From Phycisphaerales bacterium (GTDB lineage: Bacteria; Planctomycetota; Phycisphaerae; WQYP01), in the NCBI GenBank assembly GCA_027451365.1, contig DAIDJN010000041.1, forward strand, positions 25,679 through 89,678: a stretch of 64,000 bases of DNA, in the 5' to 3' direction. The translations under genes and the position numbers were made by a program. Of this stretch, positions 60,258 to 64,000 are shown piece by piece. Position 1 is the stretch's first letter. Every line of letters starts with the position of its first letter. The notes beneath the pieces were generated by a model. That model had not been told where the DNA came from. It searched no databases and was given only the letters and a program-made list of their open reading frames with translations.

Positions 60258-63050
60258 ATGGCTGAAATCAGTCGATCCGCACTTTTTGGAAAGCTCAACC
60301 CGGTGGCTTATAAGGCTATTGAAAGCGCCACGGTGTTCTGCAAAATGCGCGGCAACCCGTACGTTGAAATTGTGCACTGGATCAACCAGATTCTCCAGTT
60401 GGATGATACTGATCTTCATAAAATCATACGACATTTCAACTTAAACCCGTCCAAACTCGCGGCCGATATCACGGCGTCGCTCGATCGGCTTCCCCGCGGG
60501 TCAACCAGCATTACCGACTTGTCATCACATATTGATGAAGCGGTGGAACGTGCCTGGGTTTATGGTTCTCTGCTCTTTAACAGTTCCCATATCCGTACTG
60601 GCCACCTGATTCTGGGGATGACCAAAACTCCCGGTCTGCAACGCAGCTTAGCTGCGGTTTCGCGTGAATTTGAAAAGATAAAGCCTGAACAGCTTGGCGA
60701 TGAATTCGCCAGAATTACCGCCGGTTCCATTGAAGAGCTTCTCGCTCCGGCCCAGACTCAGTCCTCACCTGGTGAAGCCAGCGGAGCCATCGCACCTGCC
60801 GCCATGGGCAAACAGGAGGCGCTGGCGAAATTTTCAGTGGATCTGACTCTGCGGGCCAAATCAGGCGAGCTTGACCCGATCGTCGGCCGCGACGAGGAAA
60901 TTCGCCAGGTTGTGGATATTCTCATGCGACGCCGCCAGAACAATCCCATTCTTACCGGTGAAGCCGGCGTGGGAAAAACCGCTGTCGTGGAAGGGTTCGC
61001 CCAGCGTGTTGCCGCCGGTGAAGTGCCCCCGGCGCTGAAGGACGTTTCCGTGCGCACGCTGGATATCGGTCTGTTGCAGGCCGGTGCCAGCATGAAAGGG
61101 GAATTTGAACAGCGACTGCGTTCCGTTATTGAAGAAGTTCAGGCCTCCGCCAAACCCATTATTCTTTTCATTGATGAAGCCCATACGCTTATCGGCGCTG
61201 GCGGTGCAGCGGGCACCGGTGATGCGGCCAATCTGCTCAAGCCCGCGCTGGCCCGCGGCACGCTGCGCACCATCGCTGCGACCACGTGGGACGAATACAA
61301 AAAACATATTGAAAAGGACCCCGCTCTGACGCGCCGGTTTCAGGTTGTAAAAGTTGAAGAACCCTCTGAACACAAGGCTGTTCTGATGCTTCGCGGCCTG
61401 ATAGCTCCGCTGGAAAAGCACCATCGCGTGCAGATACTGGATGAAGCCATTGATGCGGCCGTGCGTCTGTCCCATCGCTACATCCCATCACGTCAGTTGC
61501 CGGACAAGGCCGTAAGCCTGATTGATACCGCCGCTGCGCGCGTTGGCGTGAGCCAGCATGCGTTGCCTGCGGAACTTGAAGATTCCAAACGCCGCCTGGA
61601 GGCGCTGGAGGTGGAAATTCAGATTATCAATCGCGAATCCGCCGTCGGGCTTAATCACACCCTGCGTCTCGCGGAGGTTAATGCCCTGCTGGAAACAGAA
61701 AGGCGGCGCTTTGTCGGCTTGGATGCCAAGTGGAAGCAGGAAAAGCAGTTGGTGGATAAGATTCTGGATATCCGCCAGAAATTACGTGCCGCCGCCGAAC
61801 CCATAGAGGATGCTCCATCGGCGGCTGCCGAACCGCCTCCGGCTGAAAAAAAGAATGCAAAATCTGCCGGTCAGGCCGTGGCGCAGGCTCCCGCCGAGGG
61901 TGCCATGCCGCGCGCATCAGCCGGGCTATCCGCCGAGCAGCGCGATGCACTGCTTGCGGACCTTCATAAAATGCAGTTGGAACTGGCCGGATTGCAGGGT
62001 GAATCGCCGCTTATTTTCCCCACCGTCGATCAGCAGGCCGTGGCCGCGGTGGTGGCCGACTGGACCGGCATACCGGTTGGGCGCATGGTAAAAAATGAAA
62101 TTGAACAGATTCTCAAACTCGCTGACCATCTTGAAAAGCGCGTTATCGGCCAGCGCCACGGGTTGGAAATTATCGCTCGTCGCGTGCAGACGTCCCGGGC
62201 CAGGCTGGACAACCCGAACCGTCCCATTGGCGTATTCATGCTTGCCGGGCCTTCCGGAGTCGGTAAAACCGAAACCGCGCTGGCTCTGGCTGAAACGCTC
62301 TACGGCGGCGAACACAACCTTATCACCATTAACATGAGCGAATTTCAGGAATCCCATACCGTCAGTACCCTCAAGGGTTCGCCTCCGGGTTATGTCGGCT
62401 ATGGCGAAGGTGGCGTGCTGACCGAAGCGGTTCGCCGACGGCCCTATTCTGTGGTCCTGCTGGATGAGGTGGAAAAGGCCCACAAGGATGTGCATGAAAT
62501 ATTCTTCCAGGTTTTTGACAAAGGCTGGATGGAGGATGGCGAAGGCCGAATGATTGATTTTAAAAATACCATCATTATTTTGACCACCAACGCTGGTCAG
62601 GACCTGGTTGTGAACATGTGCAAAGATCCGGACCTTATGCCAGATGCCGAAGGTCTTGAAAAAGCTCTCCGCGGCCCGCTGGTCAAAGTTTTTCCCGACG
62701 CGCTTCTAAACCGGCTCGTCGTGGTGCCCTATTATCCGATCTCTTCGTCCATGCTTCGTCAGATTATTCAATTGCAGCTTTCGCGTGTGGAAAAGCGCGT
62801 CCGGCATATCCATAAAATTCCGTTTGAATACGATGAATCCGTACCCAAACTTATCGCTGAACGATGCACTGAACTTGAACGTGGTGCCCGCATGGTGGAC
62901 GCAATGATCACCAATGTTCTGCTCCCGAAAATTGGCCATGAATTCCTGACCCGCATGATGGAGGGCCGGCAGGTCGATCGTATTGCCGTAAGCGCCACCG
63001 GCGGGGAATTCGTGTTTGATTTCGGCCCGGCTGTCGGTGCCGGTGTCTGA
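60258..63050 (+). CDS. clpV: type VI secretion AAA+ ATPase ClpV (TssH)
   Basis: Clp N-domain followed by two AAA modules: Walker A GEAGVGKTAVVEG / Walker B ILFIDEAHTL, and GPSGVGKTETA / VVLLDEVEKAH. 930 aa. Confidence 0.85.
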   Translation: MAEISRSALFGKLNPVAYKAIESATVFCKMRGNPYVEIVHWINQILQLDDTDLHKIIRHFNLNPSKLAADITASLDRLPRGSTSITDLSSHIDEAVERAWVYGSLLFNSSHIRTGHLILGMTKTPGLQRSLAAVSREFEKIKPEQLGDEFARITAGSIEELLAPAQTQSSPGEASGAIAPAAMGKQEALAKFSVDLTLRAKSGELDPIVGRDEEIRQVVDILMRRRQNNPILTGEAGVGKTAVVEGFAQRVAAGEVPPALKDVSVRTLDIGLLQAGASMKGEFEQRLRSVIEEVQASAKPIILFIDEAHTLIGAGGAAGTGDAANLLKPALARGTLRTIAATTWDEYKKHIEKDPALTRRFQVVKVEEPSEHKAVLMLRGLIAPLEKHHRVQILDEAIDAAVRLSHRYIPSRQLPDKAVSLIDTAAARVGVSQHALPAELEDSKRRLEALEVEIQIINRESAVGLNHTLRLAEVNALLETERRRFVGLDAKWKQEKQLVDKILDIRQKLRAAAEPIEDAPSAAAEPPPAEKKNAKSAGQAVAQAPAEGAMPRASAGLSAEQRDALLADLHKMQLELAGLQGESPLIFPTVDQQAVAAVVADWTGIPVGRMVKNEIEQILKLADHLEKRVIGQRHGLEIIARRVQTSRARLDNPNRPIGVFMLAGPSGVGKTETALALAETLYGGEHNLITINMSEFQESHTVSTLKGSPPGYVGYGEGGVLTEAVRRRPYSVVLLDEVEKAHKDVHEIFFQVFDKGWMEDGEGRMIDFKNTIIILTTNAGQDLVVNMCKDPDLMPDAEGLEKALRGPLVKVFPDALLNRLVVVPYYPISSSMLRQIIQLQLSRVEKRVRHIHKIPFEYDESVPKLIAERCTELERGARMVDAMITNVLLPKIGHEFLTRMMEGRQVDRIAVSATGGEFVFDFGPAVGAGV

Positions 63051-63165
63051 CGAGCAGTTTTAATGGAAACGCCGGAGCCTTGGGTAGGTTGCCGGCGCTG
63101 GTCAGCGGCTGCCGGAATGCCGCCGCTTGTAATTGAATCGCTTTTAAGTTTTAAGGAGATTTACC

Positions 63166-64000
63166 ATGCGTATTTTTGCGGCGATCCTTCGGGAGCCGAC
63201 TGCTGTTCCGCGCAGCTACCAGCTCAACGGTCTAGGCAAGGCCCGTGTAGATCTTGAAGCAATAGAAAAATATGTGGCCGAGGCATGGCAGCGCATTACC
63301 GCCATGCGCGAAGCCCACCCCGTGGTCGGCTGGCAAGCCGTTTTTCTTGCGCCAGAATATTATTTTTCCAATCAGCGGAATTTGAACGATCGATTTTATT
63401 CGCATGATGTCAAACGCTTTATTCTTCAAGGACTGGCCAGCCTGGCCAAAAAATATCCCAAACTGCTGATCGTTCCGGGCACCGTACTCTGGACCAAGGA
63501 CGCAGCGGATACTCAGATTGACGGCAAAAAGAAACCCAACGTAAAGCGCATCGAAAATGCCATTAAACGAAGCGAGCTGGCCAATAAGCGCTTTAAAACC
63601 ACCATCTTGACACAAGGCTGGAGTTATACCGGCAATATGCTGTCCCCGGACGTCAAAATTGCCCAGAACATCGCCTATGTCTGCCTTGGTTCACAAATGA
63701 TCAAGTATCAGAAGGTCGGCAATTACAAGGAAGTGGAAAACGAGAAAGGCGATATTTATTTCGCGCCAGGCAGTATCGCCGGCCGGTTCAGCGTTGGCGG
63801 AATCAAATACGGCCTGGAAATCTGCATGGATCATGCACTCGGAGCGCTCCAAACCACAGTTCCCTCCCAGGGGCAGGTGCATGTTCAGCTTATTGTGTCA
63901 TCTTTCGTTTCCTTCAAACAGCGCAACACGGCACCCGTTACGTTCCATTCCTCCACCCATTCCAGTGATTTGGTCGCTGTAACGGATACGGGCGAATATG
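63166..64000 (+). CDS. carbon-nitrogen hydrolase (nitrilase-superfamily)-like protein, 3' end beyond window; possible T6SS-linked effector or unrelated neighbour
   Basis: Not in the supplied ORF track because it runs off the end. ATG at 63166 with an AAGGAG RBS; open through 64000. Candidate E-K-C triad context: VFLAPEYYF (Glu), a central Lys-rich block (KRIENAIKRSELANKRFK), and GIKYGLEICMDH (Cys in a GxxIC[YM]D-like block). Confidence 0.45.
   Translation, partial: MRIFAAILREPTAVPRSYQLNGLGKARVDLEAIEKYVAEAWQRITAMREAHPVVGWQAVFLAPEYYFSNQRNLNDRFYSHDVKRFILQGLASLAKKYPKLLIVPGTVLWTKDAADTQIDGKKKPNVKRIENAIKRSELANKRFKTTILTQGWSYTGNMLSPDVKIAQNIAYVCLGSQMIKYQKVGNYKEVENEKGDIYFAPGSIAGRFSVGGIKYGLEICMDHALGALQTTVPSQGQVHVQLIVSSFVSFKQRNTAPVTFHSSTHSSDLVAVTDTGEY

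Noticed and set aside
59783-61475. Minus-strand ORFs 59783-60298, 59958-60434, 60861-61475 and 63232-63615
   Set aside because: Antisense to tssG, clpV and the terminal CN-hydrolase-like gene. The plus-strand genes have Walker motifs and RBSs; these do not.
1-64000. tRNA, rRNA or other structured RNA genes
   Set aside because: No cloverleaf-like or rRNA-like sequence was recognised by eye in intergenic gaps (20.3-21.2 kb, 31.0-31.5 kb, 22.1-22.7 kb). Cannot be excluded without a covariance-model scan.

Overview
This is a GC-rich window (about 60% by eye). A DUF1559 prepilin-like protein, a PEP-CTERM protein and many secreted glycoside hydrolases suggest a PVC-group bacterium (Verrucomicrobia, Planctomycetes or Lentisphaerae). 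The phylum call is inference, not a database result.

Three blocks stand out.

(1) 1-7.5 kb: housekeeping genes (the 3' end of an MsbA-like ABC transporter, cdsA, an SGNH hydrolase). These are followed by an orphan Rhs C-terminal core plus toxin-tip gene and a polytopic membrane protein, the pair bracketed by about 70-bp direct repeats.

(2) 7.5-37 kb: a glycan-foraging locus. It holds a LacI-regulated minus-strand GH92-GH5-GH2 mannoside operon, GH53, GH29 fucosidase, three GH27 or GH27-like paralogs (one with an NPCBM domain), a sialate O-acetylesterase-like protein and two esterases. The locus is interrupted by a decayed IS transposase and a 4.4-kb segment bounded by 91-bp inverted repeats. 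That segment carries a terpene-cyclase-repeat secreted protein and a PEP-CTERM protein.

(3) 37.3-64 kb: a roughly 800-bp CRISPR-mimicking tandem hairpin array with no cas genes, then a two-partner secretion system (TpsB plus a 2844-aa filamentous-hemagglutinin-like TpsA). A colinear type VI secretion gene block follows directly (vgrG, DUF4280, tssA, tssB, tssC, hcp, tagJ, tssE, tssF, tssG, clpV). After clpV comes a nitrilase-superfamily (CN-hydrolase-like) gene that runs off the window end.

No tssJ/K/L/M, rRNA, tRNA or genuine CRISPR was seen. The candidates most worth follow-up are the TPS/T6SS island with its uncharacterised TpsA C-terminal domain and downstream CN-hydrolase, the repeat-bracketed orphan Rhs toxin/membrane-protein cassette, and the hairpin array.
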